The notes under the pieces are model-generated. The model worked only from the letters and a program-made list of their open reading frames with translations. It was not told where the DNA came from and made no database searches. Source: an uncultured virus (IMG/VR IMGVR_UViG_3300029928_000270) (lineage: Duplodnaviria; Heunggongvirae; Uroviricota; Caudoviricetes). Taken from it: DNA of 64,000 nucleotides. Made by a program: the position numbers and the translations under genes. Positions 30,594 through 41,407 of the stretch are shown here, piece by piece (within the stretch, counting starts at the first letter, position 1; each line of letters starts with the position of its first letter). The stretch is taken from IMG/VR virus record IMGVR_UViG_3300029928_000270; one strand, written 5' to 3'.

Positions 30594-33500
30594 ATGAAAA
30601 AACTGAAGAAGTGTATTAAATCAGTAATATCATTTTCTCTTGCAGTAGTTATGCTTTTTAGTGGCATATCTCCATTAGGTATATTTGCGGCGAGTGCAAG
30701 TTCTTTTGGGGTATGGCAGACTGATGGCAATTTTACTGTAACAGAAAATGGTACGTATGTAATCTATGCAAAGGATGCAGTAGGCAATACTACGTCCATT
30801 GAGATTACTGTTAATAATATAGACTATACACCGCCCACCCTTGATGTTGGGTATTCTACTACTGAGTGGACTAAGGATGGTGTTAAGTTAGTACTTACTT
30901 CTGTAGACCAAGCAAGTCCGGGAGGTACAGCAGGTACTGTCAGTCTCAGTGTTGTAGGTTCAGATGGAACAAGCTATCCGACAGACCACTTATTCACCTT
31001 AAATACAAGTGGTACTGTAACATCTACTGATGATGTTGGTAACGCAGTTTCAAAACCTTTCAGTATAACGAATGTGGATACAGTAGTTCCGAGTATTTCA
31101 ATTTCAGCTGATATTACTTCTCCAACAAACGGAAATGTAACGCTTAAGATTAGTGGTTCTGATGCAGAGTCAGGATTAAATGCAAAACCGTATAGTTGGG
31201 ATGGAACAACATGGACAGATGTAGCAACCAAGACAGTTAGTGCAAATGGTGTGTATACAGGCTACATTAGAGATGCAGTTGGCAATATCTCATCCACCAC
31301 AATCTCGGTAGCCAATATAGATAAAGTAGCACCAACCATAAGTGGGTATTCTTACAGTACTGAGGCTCCTTGTAACACCTCAGTTGTAGTAACTGTAAAT
31401 GCAACAGATACAGGTTTAGGTCTTGCCGACTCTGCTTACAGTTTTAACGGTGGAGCATATGGCACTTCCAACAAGTTAACAGTTACTGCAAACGGTACTT
31501 ATACAGTTGCAGTTAAGGATAAGGCAGGAAACATTACAAACGGTTCATTCAAGTTAAGCAATCTTGATTTTGAAGCTCCAGTTATATCCTCTGTTGTCCC
31601 CAGTACCACTGCTGAAACGAATACGGACGTAACTCTTACGATAAATGCTACTGATAATGTAGGTGGTCTTGGTTTAGCAGACAAGGCTTACAGACTTCAG
31701 GGATATGAGAATTGGCAGACATCTAATGTTGTAACTGTAACATGTAACGGAACTTATACCGTAGAAGTAAAGGATGAGGCGGGAAACATTGCAAGTAAGT
31801 CAATTGAGATTACAAACATAGATAAGGAACCCCCTACCGCCAGTCATGTATTAAATATTACATCTCCTACGAATACAGATGTAGTTGCAACCTTAACGAT
31901 ACTCGATAATAAGGGTATTAAGAAAGTTGTTACTCCAGATGGTACTGTTGTTACTCAGGTTAGTTTCCAAAGCATAACAGATTATACATTCTCAAAGAAC
32001 GGTAGCTACACCTTTGAGATTTGGGATACTGCTGATAATAAGACAACTCATACTGTAGACATTTCCAATATCGATAAAGATAAACCAGTAATCGACAGTA
32101 TTGAAAGGAGTACTACTAAGGAATGTAATACTTATGTAGATATTACTGTTACTGCTCACGATGTAGGCTTGGGTCTTGAAGCTAAGGCTTTCAAGTTTAC
32201 AGGGGGGGATTGGCAGAGTGCAAACACATTTCGGGTATCTCAGAACGGTACTTATTCCGTAAGCGTAAGGGACGTTGCAGGCAACATAACAACTCAGGAG
32301 TTCTCAGTTCTTAACCTTGACTTTGATAAGCCAGTAATTAAAGCGATGACCTTAAGTACTACCTCTCAGACAAATAAGGATTTAACGTTAACTGTAACTG
32401 CTGAGGATATAGGCTTAGGTTTAGCTAAGAGTGCTTACCGTATCAATGGTAGTGCTTGGCAGGAGAGCAATGTATTTACTATCGCAGAGAATGGCACGTA
32501 TACAATAGAAGTAATTGATAAGGCAGGAAACATTCAAACTGGCACTAAGACGGTTACTAATATTGATAAGGTAGCTCCCAAGCTGAGTGCTACTGTAAAT
32601 ACCACTGAACCGACAAATCAGGATGTGGTAGTTACGTTAAAAGCTTCTGATGATGTTGAAATTTCCAAAGTTTTTGACGCAAACGGCGAGTCCATTAGCT
32701 TAACAAAGGTTTCAAACGAGTATACAGGCACAATTTCTGAGAGTGTAAATGGTACTTTCACATATAAAGCAGTTGATACGGCAGGCAACGAAACTACTTG
32801 CACAGTTAAGATTACAAATATTGATAAGTCCAATCCAGTAATTGATAGTATTGGTAGAAGCACAACAGTTCCTGTAAATACTCAGGTAGTTATTACAATC
32901 AATGCTCATGATGTAGGTCTTGGTTTAGCAGATAAGCCTTACAACTTCGATGGCACAGGTTGGGTATCTGATAAGACGAAAGTCATTACAGCTAACGGAA
33001 ACTATCGTATATCTGTAAAAGACGTTGCAGGAAACATCACTACGCAGACATATAATGTAATGAACTTAGACTTTGACGCTCCCAAAGTAAATGGGGTATC
33101 CTTAAGCACTACGAGTCCTACAAATAAGGATGTAGTTCTTACGATTGATGCAGAAGATGTAGGTCTTGGTTTAGCAGATAAGCCTTATAGACTCAAGAAT
33201 GGTACTTGGCAGACAAGTCCGAAGTTTACTGTTTCTCAGAATGGAACATATACATATGAGATAATTGATAAAGCTGGTAATATTGCTTCTGTATCAAAAG
33301 AAGTAACGAATATCGATAAAGTTGCACCTACAATAAGTGCTAAGGTAAATACGACAGACCCTACAAACAAGGATATTGAGGTAACCTTAACGGCAAGTGA
33401 TAATGTGGGTATTGCGAAGGTTGTAAATACCAGCGGTGAAGTACTCAATGGTACTGCAAGTAGTGGTAATGTGGTGTATACGACTTCCGAAGTTCAGAAC

Positions 33501-36500
33501 GGAACTTATACTTATACAGTTACTGATACTGCAGGAAATACCAGTTCAGCGACAGTTATACTTGGAAATATTGATAAGAGTAATCCAGTTCTTGATAAGA
33601 TTTTAAAGTCTACGGAAGACCCTACAAATACAAATGTAGTTGTGACAGTTACAGCGCATGATGTTGGTTTAGGTTTAGCAGACAAGCCTTACAAGTTTGA
33701 TAGTAATGATTGGACTGACGTATCTGCAATAACAATAACCAGTAATGGTACTTATACTGTTCAGATTAGAGATAAAGCTGGTAACGTTATCACTAAGAGC
33801 TATGAGGTAAGTAATTTAGATTTCATAGCACCTATAATAAGCTCGGCAAGAGTTCTTCAGACAAGACCAGTTAAGGAGTCAGCAAGAATTGCAGTTCAGG
33901 CTACTGACGAAGGTTTTGGATTAGCAGATAAGGCATACAAGTTGAATGACGGAGATTGGCAAACTGATAACTGGTTTGATGTGACAGACAATGGAACTTA
34001 CACGGTATATGTTTGTGATAAGGCAGGAAATATTACATCAACCACTGTAGAAGTAACAAATATAGACAGAGTTAAGCCCGAAATTACGTATACTGTTAGC
34101 ACAACAGAGCCTACACCTACTTTAAGTATTGAAGTAGTCGGTACAGATAACATGGAGTTAGGGGCAGTAACTTGCAGTGATAGTCGTGTGGTCAAGGGGA
34201 AAACAAACTGGGTATCTAAGACTGAGTGTAGGCAGATATTCCTTATAAATCAGAACGGTACTTACAGATTTGATATACGGGACTTTGTAGGAAATACAAA
34301 CTATGTTGAGGTTACAATAGACAATATAGATAATGTAGCACCTACGATAGATAAGATTATAAAGAACCCTAATGTACCTACAAATGCTCCTTTGGAGATA
34401 ACAATAATTGCAAGCGATGTTGGTTTTGGTCTTGCAGATGAACCTTACAGGGTGGATGGAAGTGCTTGGCAGTCCAGTAACAAGTTTATGATTGCAGATA
34501 ATGGTGTACATGAAATAGATGTTAGAGATAAAGCTGGCAATACTATAATGATGACTACAGATATCTCAAATCTTGATTACGACAACCCAGTTATTGACGA
34601 GGTTACACAGGATATTACAGAGCAGACAAACACTGATGTAGTTCTTACAGTTACTGCTCATGATGTAGGGTTAGGTCTTGCAAAGAAGCCATATAAGTTA
34701 GAAGACAGCTCTTGGGTATCCAGTAATAAGTTTACTGTCGAAGAGAACGGTGACTATGTAATAAGTGTTAGGGATGAGGCAGGTAATATTGAAACTTACA
34801 CTCATACAGTTAGCAACATTGATAAGGAGTTACCAGTAGCTTCTCATACGGTGGATATTGATACTCCTACAAACAGTGACGTAGTTATAACTTTAAAGGC
34901 TACAGATAATGTAGAAATTAAGAGTATTACTCTTCCAGACAAAGCTGTACAGAATATTGGAAGTAATGAAGCGACAATTCCATTCACTGTTGTTGAGAAT
35001 GGAACCTACACCTTTAAGGTACTTGACACTGCAGGGAATATTACTACTTATCCAGTTGAAATAGATAATATTGATAAAAATCCTGCTGAAATAGTTGCTT
35101 CTCCGAGTGTGGAAGGTTGGACAAATCAGAATATTGAGTTGAATGTAGTGGTAACTGACGATACTCTTGTAAGAAAGGTTCAATCTCAGGGTATTTGGTA
35201 TGACTTAGATGCAGGTGAATTACCTAATGGAGCAGTTGTTGAGAAAGGTGGTCAGGATAGAATACTTAAGGTTAAGTTTAGTATTCCAGTTTCAGATAAT
35301 GGAACTTTTGAATTTAAGGCTATTGACTTTGGTGGTTTAGAGACAACATACTCATATGAGGTAACGTACATTGATAGAGTAGACCCCGAAATCTTCGCAA
35401 AGGTTGTGAATAGTGACCTTACTAAGGATAATGTAGATATTGCAATAACTACAAGCGATGCCTACGGTGAAGTAAGTCGGATAGTATTGCCTGGAGATAA
35501 CAGAATTGATGGCTCAGAGACAACTTATATTGCTACTGATAATGGAGAGTACAAGTTCACAGTTATTGATAAAGCAGGCAACTCTGCTGAAGCAGTTGTA
35601 AAGGTAGGAAACATCGATAGAGTTGCTCCTACGTTCACTTATGAGTTAAGCCCAAATGAGGATAGTTGGTCTAATGACAGCGTATTGCTTAAGGTAATTG
35701 GCTCAGATGAGAATGGTATCTCAGCATACAAGTTGTTCTTTGGTGAAGAAGAAATCAAAGCACTTGAGGGTGGGGTATTCCAGTTGTTTGAGAATGGTAC
35801 TTACAGAATTGTAGTTGTAGATACTGTAGGTAACTATTCAGGAACCGAGATTACTGTAGGTAATATAGATAAGGACGAGCCCACGATAGCAGTTGGTCTT
35901 AAGAATAAGTATTGGGTAAACAAGTCAAATACCATTGTAATAACTGGTCAGGACAACGCCAGTGGGGTATCAGGCTATAGCTTAGACGGTGAGAATTGGC
36001 AGGAGTCAAATGAGTTCAAAGTAAGTTATAAGAATTCATATACAGTTTATGTTAAAGACCTTGCAGGTAACGTATCAAGCATGACAGTTTACTTTGACTT
36101 GGTAGAGGAGCCTATTGAAGATGTTGAACCTTTACTTGAGGAAGAGCCAAAGGACGAAGATGAAGATATTGTAGCTCCTAAGTCCGACTTAGATGATGGT
36201 AGCTTGATTGTAATCGGCGAGTTAACTGACTTACCTGTTGAAGCAACCGAAGCAGAAGCAACAGAAGGCGATGTACTAAAAGTAGTTCAAAAGATTGCGG
36301 AAAATGTTGTGGAAGTAGCTAAGGTTGTATTCCCTTATGCCGCAGTTCTGCTCTTAGCAACAGTTGGATGTTTAGTATTCATTCTGTTGACCGATGGTGT
36401 TAGGGTATATGGTAAGAACAAGAAGGGCAAGTGGCAGTACTTGGGTATTGCAAGATGCCATAAGGGAGTAGTTGGATGTACCGTTAAGGTAAAGAGAAGT

Positions 36501-36653
36501 GTACTTAAGAAAGTTGATAGTGCCGATTATCTGCTGAAGTTTAATACCAGATACAGTACAATCAATAAGGGACTTGAACTCTACATTAAGGTTGGCAATC
36601 AGGCTATAACCAGTAATGTGTATAAGCAGGTTGAGTTCTCTGTAATGAAGTAG
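30594..36653 (+). CDS. 2019-aa membrane-anchored Ig-like repeat surface protein ('stalk')
   Basis: Signal peptide ending FAASA; half repeat followed by 21 ~83-aa repeats (NIDK..P...NGTY...D.AGN); acidic linker; TM helix; basic C-terminal domain. Confidence 0.9.
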   Translation: MKKLKKCIKSVISFSLAVVMLFSGISPLGIFAASASSFGVWQTDGNFTVTENGTYVIYAKDAVGNTTSIEITVNNIDYTPPTLDVGYSTTEWTKDGVKLVLTSVDQASPGGTAGTVSLSVVGSDGTSYPTDHLFTLNTSGTVTSTDDVGNAVSKPFSITNVDTVVPSISISADITSPTNGNVTLKISGSDAESGLNAKPYSWDGTTWTDVATKTVSANGVYTGYIRDAVGNISSTTISVANIDKVAPTISGYSYSTEAPCNTSVVVTVNATDTGLGLADSAYSFNGGAYGTSNKLTVTANGTYTVAVKDKAGNITNGSFKLSNLDFEAPVISSVVPSTTAETNTDVTLTINATDNVGGLGLADKAYRLQGYENWQTSNVVTVTCNGTYTVEVKDEAGNIASKSIEITNIDKEPPTASHVLNITSPTNTDVVATLTILDNKGIKKVVTPDGTVVTQVSFQSITDYTFSKNGSYTFEIWDTADNKTTHTVDISNIDKDKPVIDSIERSTTKECNTYVDITVTAHDVGLGLEAKAFKFTGGDWQSANTFRVSQNGTYSVSVRDVAGNITTQEFSVLNLDFDKPVIKAMTLSTTSQTNKDLTLTVTAEDIGLGLAKSAYRINGSAWQESNVFTIAENGTYTIEVIDKAGNIQTGTKTVTNIDKVAPKLSATVNTTEPTNQDVVVTLKASDDVEISKVFDANGESISLTKVSNEYTGTISESVNGTFTYKAVDTAGNETTCTVKITNIDKSNPVIDSIGRSTTVPVNTQVVITINAHDVGLGLADKPYNFDGTGWVSDKTKVITANGNYRISVKDVAGNITTQTYNVMNLDFDAPKVNGVSLSTTSPTNKDVVLTIDAEDVGLGLADKPYRLKNGTWQTSPKFTVSQNGTYTYEIIDKAGNIASVSKEVTNIDKVAPTISAKVNTTDPTNKDIEVTLTASDNVGIAKVVNTSGEVLNGTASSGNVVYTTSEVQNGTYTYTVTDTAGNTSSATVILGNIDKSNPVLDKILKSTEDPTNTNVVVTVTAHDVGLGLADKPYKFDSNDWTDVSAITITSNGTYTVQIRDKAGNVITKSYEVSNLDFIAPIISSARVLQTRPVKESARIAVQATDEGFGLADKAYKLNDGDWQTDNWFDVTDNGTYTVYVCDKAGNITSTTVEVTNIDRVKPEITYTVSTTEPTPTLSIEVVGTDNMELGAVTCSDSRVVKGKTNWVSKTECRQIFLINQNGTYRFDIRDFVGNTNYVEVTIDNIDNVAPTIDKIIKNPNVPTNAPLEITIIASDVGFGLADEPYRVDGSAWQSSNKFMIADNGVHEIDVRDKAGNTIMMTTDISNLDYDNPVIDEVTQDITEQTNTDVVLTVTAHDVGLGLAKKPYKLEDSSWVSSNKFTVEENGDYVISVRDEAGNIETYTHTVSNIDKELPVASHTVDIDTPTNSDVVITLKATDNVEIKSITLPDKAVQNIGSNEATIPFTVVENGTYTFKVLDTAGNITTYPVEIDNIDKNPAEIVASPSVEGWTNQNIELNVVVTDDTLVRKVQSQGIWYDLDAGELPNGAVVEKGGQDRILKVKFSIPVSDNGTFEFKAIDFGGLETTYSYEVTYIDRVDPEIFAKVVNSDLTKDNVDIAITTSDAYGEVSRIVLPGDNRIDGSETTYIATDNGEYKFTVIDKAGNSAEAVVKVGNIDRVAPTFTYELSPNEDSWSNDSVLLKVIGSDENGISAYKLFFGEEEIKALEGGVFQLFENGTYRIVVVDTVGNYSGTEITVGNIDKDEPTIAVGLKNKYWVNKSNTIVITGQDNASGVSGYSLDGENWQESNEFKVSYKNSYTVYVKDLAGNVSSMTVYFDLVEEPIEDVEPLLEEEPKDEDEDIVAPKSDLDDGSLIVIGELTDLPVEATEAEATEGDVLKVVQKIAENVVEVAKVVFPYAAVLLLATVGCLVFILLTDGVRVYGKNKKGKWQYLGIARCHKGVVGCTVKVKRSVLKKVDSADYLLKFNTRYSTINKGLELYIKVGNQAITSNVYKQVEFSVMK

Positions 36654-36667
36654 TATCAAAGCATTGC

Positions 36668-36695
36668 AAAGGCTACTCATTAGTGGGTAGCCTTT
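36668..36695 (+). terminator. Terminator-like hairpin
   Basis: AAAGGCTACTCA-ttag-TGGGTAGCCTTT. Confidence 0.75.
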
Positions 36696-36753
36696 GTTAG
36701 TTAGTAGAGTAGATATAAAATTAAAAGCAAATTCTTTTTGGAGGTGTGTAGTT

Positions 36754-37341
36754 TTGAGAAAAACGTGTTATAACGTGTTTCTTGTGGTAGAAACGATTTG
36801 TAATCTGAAGTTGCTTGCAGTTGTGTCTTTTTTCATGTGTGTGGCTTCAACAGTTTGCGCTTATAATGCTGATATGGCGGAAAAGCTGGGAGCCTACTTG
36901 ATTAGAGCGGACAGTCCTCTGAGAACTGTACTTTATGTGGTCTTAGTTGTAAGTCTGCTTGCAACCACATTCAAGATGTTGATAAACGAAACAAATAAGG
37001 GCATTGGAGTAGGTTTTATAAAAGCCTTACTGCCAGGTGCTATTGGTTTTGTTGAGTTAGTATTTTTACAGGACTTAGTCAATTTCTTAATCTCTAAGTT
37101 TTCTGTCACTGACTCATATAGTTCTCTTTTAGTCTACTATCTTGTAGCTTTTTGGGCAGTTTTAATTGTCAGTATTGTAAAGTCAGTTATTGGTTCAAAT
37201 GCAGGTTTCAACGAAATCACCCAGTTAACTGGAAGTAATGATGTAGCTTTGAAATATTTTGATGGTATCCTTTCTGATGTGGATTTTGAAGCATGTGATA
37301 TCATCGCATTAAGATATGAAGGAGAGGAAAATAATGAGTAG
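36754..37341 (+). CDS. Multi-pass membrane protein
   Basis: About four hydrophobic segments; GGAGGTG RBS before TTG 36754. Confidence 0.7.
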   Translation: MRKTCYNVFLVVETICNLKLLAVVSFFMCVASTVCAYNADMAEKLGAYLIRADSPLRTVLYVVLVVSLLATTFKMLINETNKGIGVGFIKALLPGAIGFVELVFLQDLVNFLISKFSVTDSYSSLLVYYLVAFWAVLIVSIVKSVIGSNAGFNEITQLTGSNDVALKYFDGILSDVDFEACDIIALRYEGEENNE

Positions 37342-37975
37342 ATTGACGGATTTGAAGGTGTTAGCAAAAGGGTATATGGCTCAGAAGAAGGAAATCAAAG
37401 AGAAAGATGAGGAACTTCGTTCTTTGCAGACAACTAAGGACTTGGTTACAGATTTATCAGTGCAGGGAGCAGCATCAGGTACTGATATTCAGCTTTTCAT
37501 TGCAAGAGCACAGGATAAGATGCAGATAATGAACGACTCTCTTGCATCCTCCGAGGCAGAAAAAAATGCTTTACAGAGGTCTATGGCACGTATCAGTGTT
37601 GATTTAAGTAATGCTCAGGCAGCTAATGCAAACCTTGTAGAGGAGAACACAAAGCTGAGGGAATTGGTTGCCCAGTCTAAGGGCGATATGTATGAAATGC
37701 TTCACAATGAGAGCAAGGACAACCTCAAGGAGTTAGCTGATTTACGTTCAGAGAACGTTACTCTTAAAGCAGATACAGCTACAATGCAGAGAGAGTTGGC
37801 TGATGCCAAGAAAATTGCGGAACAGGTTCCTGCTTTACAGGCGGAGTTAGACAAGCTCCACAAAGAGTTAGACGATACAAGGGCTGAAAACAGACGTATT
37901 GCTAAGGAGTTAAAGGTATTTCAGGCTCAGAAAACAACTTCTGTTGCAGATGATGGAGACATACTTCTGGGGTAG
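37334..37975 (+). CDS. Coiled-coil protein
   Basis: Heptad-rich A/L/E/K/Q sequence throughout. Confidence 0.75.
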   Translation: MSRLTDLKVLAKGYMAQKKEIKEKDEELRSLQTTKDLVTDLSVQGAASGTDIQLFIARAQDKMQIMNDSLASSEAEKNALQRSMARISVDLSNAQAANANLVEENTKLRELVAQSKGDMYEMLHNESKDNLKELADLRSENVTLKADTATMQRELADAKKIAEQVPALQAELDKLHKELDDTRAENRRIAKELKVFQAQKTTSVADDGDILLG

Positions 37976-37984
37976 GAGGTTTCT

Positions 37985-38380
37985 ATGCGAGAGTTTTGGC
38001 TCGTAAGCACGATGTGGGTAGTTACGGTATGTACTTTTATATCGTACTTCCCTCAGTTGCTTAAAATGTTTAGAACTAAGAAGATTGAGGATTTATCGTA
38101 CGGCAGTTGGATTTTATGGTCTGTAGGTGCTATTGCTAACTTAGTATATTCAATTCTTCTTGGTAGGTTGGAGTTGATAGTTTCAAGTGCGTGTGAAGCA
38201 TTTCTGATACTTGCGACTCTTGTAATGATGCTCTATTACACCTATATAAATGATTATTATCTTGAGTCAGAAGAGAAATTTAATGAGGAGTTAAGTGATG
38301 TAAGTAGCAGTAATTTACCTTTGGTAGAGGATGGAGAAAGACGTAAGTTAAATAGAGCAAAGAGTAAGTTCTTCAAGTAG
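37985..38380 (+). CDS. PQ-loop (SemiSWEET-like) membrane protein
   Basis: SYFPQLLKMFRTKKIEDLS followed by TM helices; terminator hairpin at ~38384-38423. Confidence 0.8.
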   Translation: MREFWLVSTMWVVTVCTFISYFPQLLKMFRTKKIEDLSYGSWILWSVGAIANLVYSILLGRLELIVSSACEAFLILATLVMMLYYTYINDYYLESEEKFNEELSDVSSSNLPLVEDGERRKLNRAKSKFFK

Positions 38381-38505
38381 TCAAAGGTCGCTTGGTGGGG
38401 ATTGATACCGAGCGACTTTTCTTTTATGTTGAAGTTAGTAAATGCAAACGGGTATGCGGTTAAGTTAAAAGTAATTATTTGAAAAATTTAGGGGAGGTGT
38501 GCGCA

Positions 38506-39099
38506 ATGTTTTATATAAACTATGCAGATAATAACCTTTTAGGTGTTGTAGACACAAAAGATTTAGTTGAGGAACGCTACACTTATGCACAGGTAGAGGC
38601 TTTCACGAAGAATGGTATTCAGATATTTACTCAGGACATTCAGATGCATATGCTTAACTTAGCTTATGCTTACCATAATCTTATAGATGCTCTCGGCACT
38701 AAAGACAATGCAATAATAAGTTCAGCTTTGGATTATGCCGAGGGTGGAAATGCAAAGTTAAGTAAGGTAACACTTATCAGGATTGAAGCACCTCTTAAGT
38801 TGTATGTTTCCTGCATATTAGGTGTAAGAAAAGCTTACGGGTATTATGATTTTGGATACAGAAGTTTAAATTCAAAGATGCTTAAGTGGTTCAAATACTT
38901 GAAAGCTTCTATCTTGCAGTGTTATAGTGTTGATTGGTCTGATGATAATAACACTTATACACGTCCAGATGGACAGTTTGGAAACTCTCAGTATGACGAA
39001 TTGTCTAAAATACTGGACAAGAAAATTGATGTTTTCTGCAAGGAGTTTAAGATGCAGAAACGTATCGTGAACGAGTGGGTAAAAACACATATGCAGTAA
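38506..39099 (+). CDS. DTxD-module family protein (tandem array, copy 1)
   Basis: MFYINY...GVVDTKDLVEERY...YAEG...FGYRS. Confidence 0.8.
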   Translation: MFYINYADNNLLGVVDTKDLVEERYTYAQVEAFTKNGIQIFTQDIQMHMLNLAYAYHNLIDALGTKDNAIISSALDYAEGGNAKLSKVTLIRIEAPLKLYVSCILGVRKAYGYYDFGYRSLNSKMLKWFKYLKASILQCYSVDWSDDNNTYTRPDGQFGNSQYDELSKILDKKIDVFCKEFKMQKRIVNEWVKTHMQ

Positions 39100-39113
39100 T
39101 GGGGGTATTTGCT

Positions 39114-39725
39114 ATGTTCTATATAAATTATTGTGATTGGGTAGGCGCAGGTGTTGTAGACACGGCGGATTTAGTAGAAGAGTATCATACTTATGATGAT
39201 ATAAGTGATTATGAGAATAGAGGATTTATAATATTACCTCAGGAGGCTCAGACTTATTTGTTTTGGCACATGCGTTACTATTTAGAATTAATGTATGGTT
39301 TACGAGATAAGGGTAAGTCAGAAATATCAGCAGTCTTAGCGTATGCTGAGGGGAGGTCAAAAGATATAAGTAAACTTGAAATGGGGTTTCTCAGTACTCA
39401 TTATGTAAAAAATTATTCTGAGATGGTGACTGAGATAAGAACAAGATTTAAATATCCCAGCTTTGGGTATCGTAGTATAAAGAAGCTTACCTATAAGTTT
39501 TTTAGTAAGTTAATGGAAGTTGCAAAATCTAAGAGTGATATCGATTGGTTTGATGAAGATGATACTTATGAGAGGGAAGATGGTCATCTTGGAAGTTATG
39601 CATGGGATAAAATTTTTGATGACTTAGACAAGCTTGGAGATGATTTTTGTGAGAAATTCAGGTTTCAGAAAGACTTGTTAGATGAGTGGCTTGTATTTGC
39701 ATACGATTTAGACTCAGCATGCTAA
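39114..39725 (+). CDS. DTxD-module family protein (tandem array, copy 2)
   Basis: MFYINY...GVVDTADLVEEY...YAEG...FGYRS. Confidence 0.8.
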   Translation: MFYINYCDWVGAGVVDTADLVEEYHTYDDISDYENRGFIILPQEAQTYLFWHMRYYLELMYGLRDKGKSEISAVLAYAEGRSKDISKLEMGFLSTHYVKNYSEMVTEIRTRFKYPSFGYRSIKKLTYKFFSKLMEVAKSKSDIDWFDEDDTYEREDGHLGSYAWDKIFDDLDKLGDDFCEKFRFQKDLLDEWLVFAYDLDSAC

Positions 39726-39740
39726 ATGGAGGTATTTACT

Positions 39741-40337
39741 ATGTTTTATGTAAACTATCGGGATGATAAAGTTTCCAGTGTTGTAGATACAAAAGATTTA
39801 GTTGAAGAGTATTATACAAATGCCCAGATAGAGGAATTTCGTAAAGCAGGTATAACAATATTAACACAAGAAGACCAAATGGGTATGTTTGAGATTGCAA
39901 AGTATTATTTGCGTCTGATAGATAGTATTAAATCTAAGGATAAGAAAGTAATATCTGATATCGTAACCTATGCAGAGGGGCATATTAACATGGAAGATGC
40001 CATGCATTTATCTGAAGTGGAAGACTTTAGAGCAATCTTGGGGTTTAATAGTGTACTGTGGCAATGTAGAGAGGTAGTAGGAGATAATACCATAAGTCAT
40101 AAGGATATAAATAGAGAGTTGCTTAAAAATATTAGACGTTTGATGAATTTGATTAGGGAATTTACTGAACCGATGAATACATGGGGATATCTAAGTACAA
40201 ATGAGTGTAATCATTTTGTAAAGAAATTGCGTAGATATGAGGAGTCTATGTGTCAGTCCTGTAAGTTACAGTTTGACTATTTATCAGATTGGGCAATTTT
40301 GTCGTTCATGATAATGTTTCCAGTATTTGATGATTAA
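39741..40337 (+). CDS. DTxD-module family protein (tandem array, copy 3)
   Basis: MFYVNY...VVDTKDLVEEYY...YAEG. Confidence 0.8.
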   Translation: MFYVNYRDDKVSSVVDTKDLVEEYYTNAQIEEFRKAGITILTQEDQMGMFEIAKYYLRLIDSIKSKDKKVISDIVTYAEGHINMEDAMHLSEVEDFRAILGFNSVLWQCREVVGDNTISHKDINRELLKNIRRLMNLIREFTEPMNTWGYLSTNECNHFVKKLRRYEESMCQSCKLQFDYLSDWAILSFMIMFPVFDD

Positions 40338-40361
40338 TAAGTGTTGAGAGGAGCGTTTCTT

Positions 40362-40985
40362 GTGTTCTATATAAATTATGTAAAAGGTGACAATATTGGT
40401 GTTGTAGATACCACAGATATGGTTGAGGAAGTATATACCTATAAGCAGGTAGAGTCTTTTGTGAAGCGGAATATTACAATTCTCCCACAGGGTGCACAGT
40501 ATTACTTCCTTGATTTCATGAGTAAGTATTTTGATTTGGTAGGCATCTTGGGTACTTCTAATGAGAGTGTTATAAAACCAGTTTTAGACTTTGCAGAGGG
40601 AAGAGTTAAAGTTTTGCCTGAGTCATTTCGTGGTTGCAATAAGGAAGCAATAAACTCTTATCATGTAGCGGTTAACTATATAAGAAACGTTTACTGGTAC
40701 AGCGGCTTTGGGTATAAGAGCATAAACCCTATGGTGTATAAGCGGTTCAAGGAATTGTCAGATATTACAAATGAAATCTACAACATTAACTGGAAAGATG
40801 AGTCCTGCACTTACAGCCTGCCAGATGGTTCAGTTGGAAATACTCAATATGATGCTTATGTAGAGAAGCTGGATAAGGCAGTGGACGCTTTTTGTAGGGA
40901 CTGCAAATTTAACCGTAAGATGGTTAATAAGTGGATAAGTAAGTCAACAATAAATCTTGAGGATATAAAGATTTATAGAAGTTAG
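40362..40985 (+). CDS. DTxD-module family protein (tandem array, copy 4)
   Basis: GTG start; FYINY...GVVDTTDMVEEVY...FAEG...FGYKS. Confidence 0.8.
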   Translation: MFYINYVKGDNIGVVDTTDMVEEVYTYKQVESFVKRNITILPQGAQYYFLDFMSKYFDLVGILGTSNESVIKPVLDFAEGRVKVLPESFRGCNKEAINSYHVAVNYIRNVYWYSGFGYKSINPMVYKRFKELSDITNEIYNINWKDESCTYSLPDGSVGNTQYDAYVEKLDKAVDAFCRDCKFNRKMVNKWISKSTINLEDIKIYRS

Positions 40986-41069
40986 TCACCTAACAATCAA
41001 GTTCTCATCACCAAACTTAGTGTTACATTAAGAATTATTCAATTTTTGCATGATTTCGTCAATTTTCCC

Positions 41070-41098
41070 TTGACAGGTTGCAATTTTTATGTTACAAT
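41070..41098 (+). promoter_or_regulatory. SigmaA-type promoter
   Basis: TTGACA-17 bp-TACAAT with extended TG. Confidence 0.7.
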
Positions 41099-41191
41099 AC
41101 CACAAATAAATGTTGAAGGGAGTGCCACAAAACGCCAAGTAATTTGATGAGTTATAAAAATAATTTGTTGGTTTTGTAGCGTTGTATTTGG

Positions 41192-41404
41192 ATGTTAAAT
41201 CGTTATGAAAGTCTAAAATCTAAGGTGGCTAATGGAGCATCTCAGGTACATATGTATTCAAGTAAGACACATGTCAATGCAGATGCATCACTCGACCATA
41301 ATGGGTATGTGTTTGTTACTGTACCTAAGAGTAGAGTTGGAGAGCGTATAGTTCTGTACATGTCACCATTAGAATTCAATAGAAGCAGTTGGAGGTATGT
41401 ATAA
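41192..41404 (+). CDS. Hypothetical protein
   Basis: 70-aa ORF downstream of the promoter; weak RBS. Confidence 0.45.
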   Translation: MLNRYESLKSKVANGASQVHMYSSKTHVNADASLDHNGYVFVTVPKSRVGERIVLYMSPLEFNRSSWRYV

Positions 41405-41407
41405 GCA

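Noticed and set aside
30594..36653. Virion tail fibre or diversity-generating retroelement target
   Set aside because: Signal peptide plus TM anchor indicate cell-surface display; no reverse transcriptase or TR/VR pair is in the window.
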